Source: Trichosphaerium sp. ATCC 40318
Taxonomy: Eukaryota > Protista > Tubulinea
DNA length: 64,000 nt
Assembly (NCBI GenBank): GCA_038496445.1
Contig: JALMLS010000175.1
Coordinates: forward strand, 186,001-250,000
Direction of reading: 5' to 3'
Below the pieces are notes generated by a model, which worked only from the letters and a program-made list of their open reading frames with translations, ran no database searches and was not told the origin of the DNA. Positions within the stretch are counted from its first letter, which is position 1; the number at the start of each line of letters is the position of its first letter. This document shows, one piece after another, positions 26,790 through 38,564 of the stretch. The translations under genes and the position numbers were made by a program.

Positions 26790-27306
26790 TACAGTTACAG
26801 GCTACTAAATAAGAAAAGCCGTTGAAAAAGTCGAATTTTTTTGGACATCTTGCACTTTTTCTGCACCGCTGGGATACAATAAAGAAAGAAACTTAACAAG
26901 TCTATTGGATAAAATCAAATTATCCCGGTGATTAATGACAGGTCGCTTTTCGTTTAAACACATTTACACATTTGTGTCAAGAAGTTTTGTATTATAAGCT
27001 TAGAATTGGCGTTTAGCGGCCTTAGCTGGCTAACAATAAACTGACCTTAAGAATGAAAAACCAGGAATCAAGTTGCAACTGCTACATCGTGCAACAGGTT
27101 GGATTCACGATACTAGTTTGTTCTGTTTTTGTATCACGTGATTTTGTTGTTGACTCGTTTTGCAGTCAACCGTAGTCGCTCATTGTCCCAGATTAACCAC
27201 GTGGCAATACCAGTGGTATTAATACCGCTGTATCGTACTTGTTGCTTGTAGTCAATACTAAACAATATTTAGCTTTAACTTCTAATAAACACCTTATCAC
27301 ATATCC

Positions 27307-28212
27307 ATGCAAATATCACCAAATCAACATGTTGACAATATTAAACGTTTAACGATATTAGATATTCCACGTGATATCCAACGCTACCTGTGTACATTTG
27401 ATGCTGAAATCTTCAAGAAGTTTCATACTTTATCCAAACTAGCTGCAATCAACACGCATTTCAACATTGACCTTGAACGAGATGGTATTTGGATGACTTG
27501 GTACAAGAATGGCCGAATAAAAACACAATACAACATGGTTGATGGCACCAAGAGTGGTGACTTCAAATTATGGTATATTAATGGACAACCAAAGGTGTAC
27601 TGTACATACACTGATGGCAAGCCTAACGGCGAATTTACGGCGTGGTATAACAGCGGAAAGTTAAGAAAACAGTGTACCTATATTAATGGTAATGTAAATG
27701 GTAAGTACAAGTACTGGTACTCTAATGGACAGCTTAAAAATGAACAAACATTACTAAATGGTAAGAAGAATGGTGAAATGAAAATATGGCTAGAAAAAGG
27801 ACAACTCAACACTTCTATAATGTACGCCAATGACAAGAAAAATGGTGATTACAAGATATGGCACACTAACGGACAACTGAGTTCACACTGTATCTATGTT
27901 GATGACAAGAAAACTAGTGACTATAAAGCATGGTATGCTAATGGCCAAATCCAAGAACAATGTAAGTATGCTGAGGGTAAGAAGATTGGTGAGTATAAAG
28001 CGTGGTATAGAAATGGCCGAATCATGCAACTAATTGATTACATGGATGATAAGAAAAACGGATTTGAGAAATCATGGTCTAACAACGGACAATTAACATT
28101 ACAATGCACATACAGAAATGATAAGAAAAATGGTGAATGCAAAAATTGGGATAGATATGGAACATTATACAAACAGTGTGTGTACGTTGATGGCAAAGTA
28201 GTATGTAAGTAA
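27307..28212 (+). CDS. Intronless F-box-like + MORN-variant (YwqK-like) repeat protein
   Basis: LTILDIPRDIQRYLCTF followed by about ten 24-aa G.(Y/F)K.WY.NGQL repeats. Confidence 0.9.
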   Translation: MQISPNQHVDNIKRLTILDIPRDIQRYLCTFDAEIFKKFHTLSKLAAINTHFNIDLERDGIWMTWYKNGRIKTQYNMVDGTKSGDFKLWYINGQPKVYCTYTDGKPNGEFTAWYNSGKLRKQCTYINGNVNGKYKYWYSNGQLKNEQTLLNGKKNGEMKIWLEKGQLNTSIMYANDKKNGDYKIWHTNGQLSSHCIYVDDKKTSDYKAWYANGQIQEQCKYAEGKKIGEYKAWYRNGRIMQLIDYMDDKKNGFEKSWSNNGQLTLQCTYRNDKKNGECKNWDRYGTLYKQCVYVDGKVVCK

Positions 28213-28493
28213 GACTAAATAAACACCTAAAACAAATCACCTTTAATGGCATTAACTTTATTATTCAATGTACTGCTAGTACGTCTAACATCTTTCTCCA
28301 TCACTTTTTTTTCTCATAACTTTCCCGTCTTGTTTAATATTTTGCTAATAAACACACCTAACATTAATAGAATGTACTTCTACATCCAAAAGTGGTTTTA
28401 AAGAACATGATTTGATATTGACTGGGTACGACAATATAGTACGAACTGGTGCCCAGCACTTGCTGTAACAAAAAGAAAGGTACACTAACATAT

Positions 28494-30795
28494 TTATTCC
28501 TCTTGTACATTTATATACGATTCACCCCATTCTGGCAGTATGATATCATTAAACTCTGCTCGCACATCAAGAATACCTCCACGTGCTTGACCAAAAACAC
28601 CCAAAGAAGTAGGTACATTCATACCTACTTCATTAAGCGCTTCTTTTATTATGCCTCCCGCAGAATTACCAACATCTAAGTCCTCGTTTAACAACGACAT
28701 TAGACTAGTAGACACCTATACAAACACGTGAGTCAACATAGCCACGAGAGTACTTATGCTTAGTACCTTCAAAAGAGGTACTTCAGTGTTCCTTGTTTCA
28801 AGGTTACCACGAGAGTTGTATGTATCTTCTATAACTTCTTGCATGGCATCCTTACTTACTGATACTAGAAGCTGATTTCCTCCCCACAACCAGTTTGATT
28901 TAATGCCAACATAGAACTTTGAACCATCTGAGAAGTCAAAGTCATAAACAGTTGTCCCTACCATGATGTTAGCTCCGTTTTTTTTAAGTTGGATGGTTTT
29001 TGTTCTTACCATGTTCTCGATGCTTTTTTATGCTAATACCTGCTTCTGTAGCATAGTTAAACCACCTAAAAGCACCAACAACAGAACGCGCAACTAGGGT
29101 ATGTGCGAGATCAACAACAACAACTACAGGAATATCTTCAATGCCGTCTATAGGACCAGTTACACCTTCCTTAGTAGATGCTTTTTCTGCCAATGTTTCA
29201 ATGAATTCTTTGAGCCTAAAGTTTCCTTTTGAGAACGTTGCATATGCGTGTGTACCTTCACTAACAGTCAGTAATAATATAAAATAATGTTACGTTAAAA
29301 TAGTACCGAAGCCACAAGCTGAAACGACCAAACCTGGTGGACACCATTTTCCAAAGTGATACCAAGGAGCATCTCTATACTGAAGTCTAAGTAATTCTCC
29401 TAGTCTGTTGTACATAACACTCCAAGGAACAGCAATGAACATATCAGAATTTGCAAACACCTGGAAGAGGAAAAAAACAATCAGAAAGGACGAAAGACCA
29501 CATGTTAGAAAAGGTGCTTAACACTTACTTTTTTTGGAACATCAAGATGTATACCTCTACAGTTTAACATCAATTTTGTTGATATTGCTAGCGACGATGC
29601 ATCTTTAAGGTATGCTTCTCCTTGAGCCAGTAATTCGCTCTTTTCATTGTAAACTTCACCGCCAATAAGACTGTTCTTAGATCTTTCAAACTTGCTGTTT
29701 TCTAATAACTTTCTAGCATTTTCAACTACTTGTTCAGAACTTATATCTGGTTCCTCGCTTTTGAAGGTCTACAAGCAAAGGTTAATTACAATTTAATAAA
29801 CACACAACGTCAAATCTATGCGAGCAATTAACAGAGCGTCAAAATCAACAGCTGAAAAATGTTTGAAGTAAAAAATGTGCAGTTTCTGTGATCCAATCAC
29901 GTGACTCACCCATAAATAATCTCCGGAAACCAAAGTATCAGAACCAAGGTTCTTCTTTTTCATCTCTTTATCAAGTTCTTGAGGTGTAAAGTTCGATTTT
30001 GGTTCTAATCTTATACCAACTGCATATTCAGCATAGAAGCCTATCATATTTTTTGTGTGCGCTTTGTTAAAATTTACCAGCTTTGTAAACTCTGGTGACA
30101 TATGTTCTAATAAGTATTCGTGTTAGATAATAAGAAAGAAGTTGTGAAAGCAAGAGAAAAGTAGACACGTGATAGCTATGTAAAACAAAAAAGGTAAAAA
30201 AAAAACAGAGAAAATCGAAACTTTTGTTGCTTAAAATTTGCCCATTAAAGGATATTACTATGCCATTAAGACTTTGCAATAGGTAGAATAGATATAATGA
30301 AAGGTAAGAAGAATAATTTTAAAACATTCCAGTGGCATAACGGTGACATTGTTTCAGTTAAACATGCGACCTCAAAGCTGCAAGTTTTTTGTTCAGAATT
30401 TACTGTCCAAGAAGCTTTTTTCAAGTTTAAAGAGCGTACTGCGTTGATCTTTCTTGTAGAACTCAGTGGAGCGATATTTATTCCACAGGAACGATAGGCG
30501 TTGTACGGAAGGAAAGTGTAGTATCCATGATGGTTCACACTCTACCACTTGATCCTAAGGGCCATTAAACGTAATCTTTAGTCAAACAGTTAATTTTAAG
30601 TACAAAGAGCGTAATAGATGAGTCTACGACTTCTTCTTCGCATAGAGATGTACTTAAACTGAGGTTATAAGCGTTTACTAGTGCCATACTAGAAATAGCT
30701 CCGAAAGTACCAAACGTCATCCAAACGGGCGATTTTGGTATTCTAGCATTCCGAATAGCATTATAGAACGAAGGAGTGGTTCTTCTGCTCCACAT
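28494..30795 (-). CDS. Uncharacterised protein, probably mitochondrial; multi-exon
   Basis: Arg/Ser-rich, acid-free N-terminus followed by a hydrophobic stretch and ...SLCEEE. ORF fragments 30565, 30266, 29793, 28984, 28716 and 28494 are linked by GT-AG introns. No family recognised. Confidence 0.6.
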
Positions 30796-31320
30796 TTTTG
30801 AGAATTATCAACTTGCTGATTTTATTTTTTTGTGTTTTCTAATACGTCTTTAAGTGAATGTGAGCTCACAGCCGTTATTACCTTTTCCATTAATGACTTA
30901 AACTAATGAATGAAGAGCACCCAAGTTTACTCCTTGTTGCACAGTGATTCATTAGAAATAATGACATGTTGGAAGAAAAGAAAACTCCACTTTTTCACGT
31001 GCAGTTCTTGAATGAACTTAGCGTTACAGTTATTGAAATAGAACTACGCCTACCTGAGTTCATTGCTATGTTTCAAATATTACTTTACTTCCAAGGCACT
31101 CTTAGTTTAACGATCTCTGTAATCTTTCATGTATGGGTTGTAGTATAAAAACAGCGCTTGAGAAAGGAATACAATACAGTAACATGAATGCCGCTTATTG
31201 TAGTAGTTACTGATTGGCAGAGAAGGAAAAAAATATCAAATTGATTTTGTGTTCTTAATTGTTTTATTCAAATGCAGAACACTCAGTCAGATAGTATGTT
31301 AAATACTCAGATTTGAGCCC

Positions 31321-32306
31321 CTATAGTTTGGAGTTGTTTGGGAAAGGACCGACCCATGCAACATCAACAAGCGGAAACAAAACGTGGTACCTAAAAAAAA
31401 CAAGAGATTTGAGAAAAAGCTAACATTACAGTTCATACCTGTCACTTCCAAAAAATACCTCATCTTTCTTCCCTTCACGTTTGACAATAAGCCAAGGCTG
31501 TCCAAAAGCCCCTGTTTCTATAGCAACATCTGTGTTTTTCCTAATTATGCTTTAACAACAGTGTAAACTTACTCTTTTTTTTTCGTTTGGTTTGATTGTA
31601 TGTACTTTAAAATAGTTGCTACTTCCTCTGTTTGTGCTTGAGATAAGTATCTAGCTATTTCTTGATCGGTTAACCCTATGAAGAGTAAGAAAATCGACTA
31701 AGATATGTACAGAAAACAATATCGTTTTGACAACTGTACCTGCATTTACCATTGCTTTTTCGATATTCTCTGTCTTTGAAATGATAATATCATCACACCA
31801 ATACATGCGCCACAGTTCTCTACTAACAGATGGAACCTTATCGGGCCTTTCACCGCTCTGGCTCATAGCGACTAACACCCTAACACAAACCATTAAAAAA
31901 AAAGGTCCAAAATTGGGAAAACGCAAGTTACCTATTTGGTAATGTCGGATCAATTGGAAACGTGCTTGGTAGATTAATACCTGTATGTATACCTCCCCAT
32001 TTTGCTGATCTTTGAAGGTCTAAAAAACGGTATTTCTGTTTGTTCCGTGATGTGTGGCTAGTATTCTTCGATGCCGCAAAGATAGCTTTAAAAAAAGGAA
32101 TCAGGCACGTGACAGGTTGAAGTTATAAACAAAAATGAACAATTTTATGGATAATTGTAACGAGGGTACTCACGTTGTATAGAACAGTTCTTTAGCACAA
32201 TTTTGAATTTGTTTGGGTACTTTTCAGCGTAGCGGCTTAAAATCTCGTAGCCTATCCATGAGAACGGGCTTATAATATCATAGTAAAACTCTATAGTCGC
32301 TGTCAT
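31321..32306 (-). CDS. GSTK1: Glutathione S-transferase kappa (DsbA-like) with PTS1; multi-exon
   Basis: MTATIEFYYDIISPFSWIGYEILSRY, VSRELWRMYW, GAFGQPW, FFGSDR; ends ...NNSKL-TAG. Exon 1 is missed by the ORF track. Confidence 0.92.
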
Positions 32307-32649
32307 GTTTCCTAAACTTATCGCTGAACAACTTTGCGAGTCGGTTGACTTAAGAAGATTTTATGTTTTCAACAGCATAAAATTTGAGTTTTCTAGGCGC
32401 GTACAACCACTTGAAGCGGCACTTGGTAGAGATTATATCCATCTTTAGTGACCCACTACTGTCGCCAAGGACATCAGTAGGGTGTTTTTTAAGATATAGA
32501 GGCAAATGCTACAGTTTATAGTGAACCACAGTGGATTGCTTAAGTGAATTTTACACATGATTACCTGGATTTGGTGCACCTCGCAAGATTTAGAGAACAG
32601 TCATTGAATACAATGTTTTTCTTAACCATTATTAACCACCCTGTGCAAC

Positions 32650-33495
32650 ATGGCATCACCTTTTGAATCTTTAGGAGGGATTGATATTGTTTACTCTATA
32701 TGCTCTCAGGCAAGCGCAGATGTCTTGCATTCTCTCAAATACATGAATACAGCATTCCATAACCTTATAACGAAGCACTCTGAGGTGCACTGGAAACGTG
32801 TTTGTATAGAAACACTACAAGACCCAAAGCGTAGTATAACCAAGTATCTATCTCCGTTTTACTTAAAAGATGGTGAAAACAGAATCAAGGAGAAGAAAAT
32901 TAAGGAGAAGGATATTGACAAAGAATACAGTGACAATGAAGACAGTGATGATGAAGACAGTGACTTTAGCGAAGACAGTGACAATAAATGTGTTCCTAAA
33001 CTGTCAACAATGGAATACATTGATCAGTTTTTTGATATGATAAAGTCTGATTCGTATTACAACCTCAAGCTTAGAATAGATGCTACACTTAGAATATTTG
33101 GTTCGTTAACATATCAAGATCCTAAAGGATGCGAGTGGCTCGATTCTTGTTCGTGTCGTAGAGACTGTGGTATCATTTTGTTCGTAAAGCACAAATGCCC
33201 AAAATTACAAAAAATTATTAAGTCTCTTGACTACAGCAAGTCACACGAAGATTACCAGCACATCGAAAAATCATTCAAGTCTGGTAAATGGAATGTAGTA
33301 GCAATATATAATACAATGACAAAATCAAAACACACTCTATGCAGGGATAATGCAAACGTATATTATTCAGGTGTAATAACACCTTCCTTTCATGCATTGA
33401 CATATTACAAATTTGAACATAACTGTAAGTTTCACGGACTGGATGAACGGGGTGATATTGTGTCTTTTACAACAGGTGATGCTTGGTTGATTTGA
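32650..33495 (+). CDS. Intronless hypothetical protein with divergent F-box-like N-terminus and acidic patch
   Basis: FESLGGIDIVYSICSQ....LHSLKYMNTAFHNLI......WKRVC resembles an F-box; contains a short EDSD repeat. Confidence 0.65.
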   Translation: MASPFESLGGIDIVYSICSQASADVLHSLKYMNTAFHNLITKHSEVHWKRVCIETLQDPKRSITKYLSPFYLKDGENRIKEKKIKEKDIDKEYSDNEDSDDEDSDFSEDSDNKCVPKLSTMEYIDQFFDMIKSDSYYNLKLRIDATLRIFGSLTYQDPKGCEWLDSCSCRRDCGIILFVKHKCPKLQKIIKSLDYSKSHEDYQHIEKSFKSGKWNVVAIYNTMTKSKHTLCRDNANVYYSGVITPSFHALTYYKFEHNCKFHGLDERGDIVSFTTGDAWLI

Positions 33496-33816
33496 TCCTA
33501 CGTCTTGGTAAGAGTGCTTTTTCACAACACGTGAAACTCCTTTAAAGGGTTTGTGTGCCGTAGCTTATATTTCATCCTAATACTGCTACCTATCTACCAC
33601 AGAACAACTACTAAGAGTGCTAATAAAACGTTTGAACCTTCCAAACAGGTCCTCTCTTGCTTATGGTAACCTTTGAGTGGACACGGTTTTTGTTTCTACA
33701 AGAAACATGACTAACTCTGTGACATCACTTCTGATGCAGACAACAAAATGGAAATGTAAAAAAAAACTTTGTCAGTTTGAGTGAGGGGATTTTATAATCC
33801 AGTTTACTTTGACAGC

Positions 33817-34590
33817 TTAGGGAGTACAAGCGCAGTCTCCATTGTTAGGTATTACAATAGAAGGACCATTACCACTATCTCCATCTATAAACGCATCGCC
33901 AGTCCAGCAAAAGTGATATCCGTTGTAAACACTAAACTTTGTGAAGCGCCAACCGTCATTGTTGTTAACTTTGACTTCAAGTCCTTGCAAATCTCTTAAA
34001 GGATCTTTCGCTGGTTGGCCTGTAATAAAGAACCTATCGACTGCCCCGACCTGATAATCGTTTATGCGAGCGTCATCGACATTGCTGCTCCAAGCAGAAG
34101 TCGTAGAATCGGTATAAACATATCTATATCTAATGTGACCGTCAGTTCCATCGTTTACTCCAGTGCCAGTTTCAGTCATGATAAACGTGTCTACAGTGTC
34201 TGTATTAGGCGGTACTTCTTTCGCAAGAACATCAGTAATAGCGCCGCTTCCTTGGATGAGTGCACAGTCGTTCATCATGAATAGTTTGCATACAGAGTCG
34301 TATGAGCTTGAAAAAAAGTGGCATCGAGAATCGGCATCGCAGAGGTTTTGGCATTCGGCTTTTGTTACTGTGAAGTCTCTAGGGAAAGAACACTCTCCCG
34401 GGCCACCAACCCAGTCACAATGGGTTACCGTAGATCCAGCGTAATATCCATTACAATAGGTGAATTGTCCGTGATGCATGTGCTTGTGGCATCCTCTGCA
34501 GGTGAGTGTTGATGAAGTCGATAGTGGGAAGTAGCTTGCGCCAAAGGTAAGTGCTAATAGCGAAAACAATAGGAAGAGCTGTTGTATCAT
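33817..34590 (-). CDS. Secreted intronless PAN/apple-like + PLAT/LH2 domain protein
   Basis: Signal peptide MIQQLFLLFSLLALTFG; AECQNLCDADSRCHFFS...CKL (PAN-like); TGTGVNDGTD...DYQVGAVDRF...DGWRFTKFSV (PLAT-like). Confidence 0.75.
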   Translation of the reverse strand: MIQQLFLLFSLLALTFGASYFPLSTSSTLTCRGCHKHMHHGQFTYCNGYYAGSTVTHCDWVGGPGECSFPRDFTVTKAECQNLCDADSRCHFFSSSYDSVCKLFMMNDCALIQGSGAITDVLAKEVPPNTDTVDTFIMTETGTGVNDGTDGHIRYRYVYTDSTTSAWSSNVDDARINDYQVGAVDRFFITGQPAKDPLRDLQGLEVKVNNNDGWRFTKFSVYNGYHFCWTGDAFIDGDSGNGPSIVIPNNGDCACTP

Positions 34591-35379
34591 TGTGTAAGCG
34601 TTGTAAACTCTTATACTAATCAAGGCGATTTGCTTTTTATGAAGTTTATTTTTACGAACACACGTGATTTTCAAATAACGTTTTGTTTGTCTTATATTTT
34701 TCCATTAATTTCTTGTCAACTTTTTTGACCAATCACCATAACTTTAAGATGTGGCGGAAGAAATAGTTGGACAGTTTTCGTTGGTAGCCAACAAAAAAAA
34801 CACAGATTACAAAGTTTCAGTGATTGGTTTGCAATCTGTCGTTAAAAAGAGTGATGTGTTCTATTTCTTAAAAGAGAAACTGGTGATATATTGCTTTGTT
34901 CGATTGGTATAGTGGTTAATGATTGTTGTTTTGTAACAAGAGCGAGAGTTGACGATCGTAGAACACATTTTTTTGGTTGAATTTTTACCAAACTGTGTAG
35001 CGATATTGATCTATTTACTATGCTTTTAGGATATCCTGTAACTGATGTACCTGATTGTGAGTGACAAATCACCTATGACTACGTGGGCGTAATACTACAC
35101 CACACTCCTAAGAAACAGTGCTTACATCACTATATTCTTGGCAAGTAAAGCGTGGGCGTGATGGAGGTGTTGATGTACATACCTTGCAGAAATCGATGTC
35201 GTAGTCAGCTAGTCATGCTTTTATCCTTGGCAGCCATCACTCGATTTTACTTAATAGTCCCTGTAAACCATCAGTACCGCGGATACTGCACAAAACTGTA
35301 GCCATGCCAATGTACATCAGATAGAAACTACTTGTACAAGCACATGAAAGAACTGTTTGAACGGATTAATAAACAAAAT

Positions 35380-36165
35380 TGACAACTGTGTTTTTCTATT
35401 CCGTAGTTAATCACCAACCTCTTGATATTAATGTTTGAAGAACAAGTATGATAGTTGAAGGTTCGTGATGATAGATATTCTTTCGTGTCCTTCTTCGGTG
35501 CTCTGATCACCTGGCATCACGTGCATCATTTTAATACTTTCTAATATCCACGGCGGAACCACCCAATCTACACCTTCTCGGCCATATTAAGGCTCTTCTA
35601 ACATGTAAGCTTTTTTATTAGAATAAATATAACGCATGTCCATCTATGAACTTTGCAATAATATCCCTGTCTCTACAAACACCGAACAAATCGAATATAG
35701 AAAAATTATTCAGTTTTTTATTACTGTACCAAATGCATCTTATGGTAAATGGTTGTAAAAAATATTGCTCTTAGTATACGCTATATGTACGATGCCTTAA
35801 AAAGGAGTGGGGAACACGTGTATCGGCAACAATTTGAAAAATTAGACGATTAAAAGTGCATCCGATATTCCTGTTCCTGTCTTTAAGGTTATAGTGGTGA
35901 CTGCATTAAATACAAAATCATCGTATTGCAACTTCAGGAAGTCTCACATCGCTTTAACAACATCACATGACGCAACATAGGCTTCTTTCGATCATAATTA
36001 AAACACCTTCAGAGATTGTCATGCCTCCACAAAAGCCCACTTCTCTAAACACCAAGATTTCATGGTTACGATTAGAGAATAATTTCTCTTGCTTGCAAGG
36101 TGTTCACTCACCATAGACTTGACGTTGTCTAAAATTATTGATTCAATGATTCAATTTTTACCATG
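35380..36165 (-). pseudogene. Possible degraded coding remnant
   Basis: Protein-like stretches on the minus strand are repeatedly broken by in-frame stops (e.g. EKWAFVEA*QSLKVF*, MLEEP*YGREGVDWVVPPWILESIK), inside an unusually long intergenic gap. Confidence 0.25.
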
Positions 36166-36392
36166 TGAATCTTAACAATAATGATTACTTTTCTCCAACG
36201 TTTTATTTCTTTCAAAACTACACTACGGTACTGTTATCGTGTTATTCCTTTCTTGACCAATATGATACTGACAAGTAAAACTTTCTTGAAAAGTACCTAA
36301 GCCAACCATATACAAAACGACGTAACATGTGGAAGGGGAACAACATGGCCATGGTTACGATGTACTAGTTGTTGGTTCTTCGATTGCTACTA

Positions 36393-37514
36393 TCATTGTT
36401 CTTTTTCTTCTTGCATTATTCTTCCATCACTATACCAACGTTTTGCTTCACATACTTTTCCATCTACCCATGTGCATTGCACTGAAAGTTGGATGTTATC
36501 ATACCACCTTTTGACATCTCCGTCTTGTACATTGTCAACCATCATACCTTGTATCCTAAGCTGTCCATTTTCATACCACAGTTTTAGTTGTCCGTTTTGC
36601 TTACCATCAACCCACATACTGTGTGCCTTTAGTTTTCCATTTTCATACCACTTTTTGAGTTCTCCATTTTGTTTACCATCAGCCCACGTGGCCTGTGCCT
36701 CAAGTTGTCCATTTTCATACCACATTTTGATTTCACCATTTTGTTTATCATCAACCCACTTACTGTGTCTCTTCAGTTGACCACTTTCATACCACCCATT
36801 GTGTTCTCCATGTTTTTTACCATCAACCATCATACCTTGTGTCATAAGTTGTCCACTTTTATACCATAGTTTTACTTCTCCATGTTGTTTATCATTGACA
36901 AACATACATTGCGCCATAAGTTGCCCATTTTCGTACCACATTTTCTTATCTCCATTTCTTTTATCGTCAGCCCATGTACTCTGTATCTCAAGTTGTCCAT
37001 TTTCATGCCACACCTTGAGTTCTCCATCTCGTTTACCATCAACCCACAAGCTTTGTGTTTTAAGTTTGCCATTTTCATGCCACGCCTTGAAATCTCCATG
37101 TTGTTTATCTTCAACCCATGTACCGTGTGCTTTAAGTTGTCCATTTTCATACCATTCCTTGTATTCACCATTTGGTTTACCATCAGCATACATAGACTCA
37201 ACTTGAGGTTGTCCGTCCTCAAACCAACTTCTGGCGGTGCCATTCTTTTTACCATCAACCACCTTGGCCTTTGCCTTAAGTTGTCCATTCTCATACCATC
37301 GATAGTAGTATCCGTTAGTATATTCATGAGACCACACTTTTCCGCTTTTATACCATCTGATCCATTTTCCTTTACGTTGAAATGATTCATCAAAATGTGT
37401 ATTGATTGCTGCTTTCTTTGATAGTGTATGAAATTTTGTGAAGGTTTCAGCATTAAATGTACATATATACTCTTGAATTTCACTTGGAAGATCAAGCAAA
37501 GACATTAAAGCCAT
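36393..37514 (-). CDS. Intronless F-box-like + MORN-variant repeat protein (paralogue of 27307-28212)
   Basis: SLLDLPSEIQEYICTF plus about twelve 24-aa (72-nt) G..K.WYENGQL repeats; shares KFHTLSK.AAINTHF with its paralogue. Confidence 0.92.
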   Translation of the reverse strand: MALMSLLDLPSEIQEYICTFNAETFTKFHTLSKKAAINTHFDESFQRKGKWIRWYKSGKVWSHEYTNGYYYRWYENGQLKAKAKVVDGKKNGTARSWFEDGQPQVESMYADGKPNGEYKEWYENGQLKAHGTWVEDKQHGDFKAWHENGKLKTQSLWVDGKRDGELKVWHENGQLEIQSTWADDKRNGDKKMWYENGQLMAQCMFVNDKQHGEVKLWYKSGQLMTQGMMVDGKKHGEHNGWYESGQLKRHSKWVDDKQNGEIKMWYENGQLEAQATWADGKQNGELKKWYENGKLKAHSMWVDGKQNGQLKLWYENGQLRIQGMMVDNVQDGDVKRWYDNIQLSVQCTWVDGKVCEAKRWYSDGRIMQEEKEQ

Positions 37515-37621
37515 TTTGTTTCTACGTAAGAATTGAGAATCTTCAGGTTTGGGCAGAGGTGAGCTAGTAAAAGTTTTAATTGTAAAAACGAGTGTGATCT
37601 TGTTTAAAAGTGCAGAGTCCT

Positions 37622-37837
37622 CAATTGAGCAATAAACCTAAACTGATTTTCTACGTCGGGTTTTAAACTGTGATTACACATACAGCTAAGCTGCGCTTTG
37701 TGAAGTTAAATATGTTGGTTACATTTGGCTCTAGTCACGTGCTTGTATAAGCGCTACAAAAAATTCTGGTTTAATGGCTATCAGAATGTGGAGGTTGACA
37801 CTCACAGAAGCATGTTCGAGGGTTTATTGCTCAATTG
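37622..37837. mobile_element. MITE-like element bounded by a perfect 17-bp inverted repeat
   Basis: CAATTGAGCAATAAACC (37622-37638) and GGTTTATTGCTCAATTG (37821-37837); non-coding interior; no clear target-site duplication. Confidence 0.45.
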
Positions 37838-38564
37838 GAGGATAGATTTATTGAGTGAAATCACGGCACTGTGCTCAATGGTGAAATATTAAAAAAAACA
37901 GCGTACTTCGTTTTAATTGGTAGAAGTGACTATGATAACGCCGTAATGTAGCTGTACTTGTAGGTGAAAAGATGAAAAAACGAATAAAAAAAAAAAAGTG
38001 AGAATACGGTTCACGCCGCTCAACATACCTCACAGATAAATCTTATCAAAAATGTTGGTTACGCGTTTAATAACCACCGCGAGTTCTATGGCGATATTCA
38101 GCTAGGCAGAATAAGGAGGATTCAAAATAGTAAGTTTAACGAGTCTTCGACTTGAACGTACAACTGCTTTATTGATAGTCCGAGCACTAATTTAATGATA
38201 TGAATACAAGGTTTTACAAAGTCTTCTACGAGTCAACACACTAGTGCACATCGTTGGCTACCAAAGAGTTCAACTAAAGGGCACTGAGTATAGCAGATTA
38301 GGCGTGAACATGTCGACGTCTCGGGCCAACACAGCGATAATTAATAAGTTCAGTTAGGGCAGTGTACGTGGAAGATTATTACTGAACTCACGACGACTTT
38401 TTCTGAGTGTTCAATTCCAAAGGCAGTTTGTATCTATCAATTAAACTAAACAGTCTTGTGGCATCTTTTGTAACTATATTGTATCACGTGGCACGTTCCG
38501 TCGGATTTTATTTAACGTTGGGACAACAGTCCTTACAATCACTTAAACGAAGAATGATATTTAT

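Noticed and set aside
27145-27235. Short hairpins upstream of the first MORN gene (GTTGACT..AGTCAAC, AATACC..GGTATT)
   Set aside because: Stems of only 6-7 bp are expected by chance in AT-rich DNA.
36500-37300. Regularly spaced nucleotide repeats resembling a CRISPR array
   Set aside because: These are in-frame protein repeats with no unique spacers and no cas genes, in a eukaryotic context.
36472-37495. Several long overlapping ORFs in other frames and on the other strand of the MORN gene
   Set aside because: Shadow ORFs produced by the 72-nt coding repeat.
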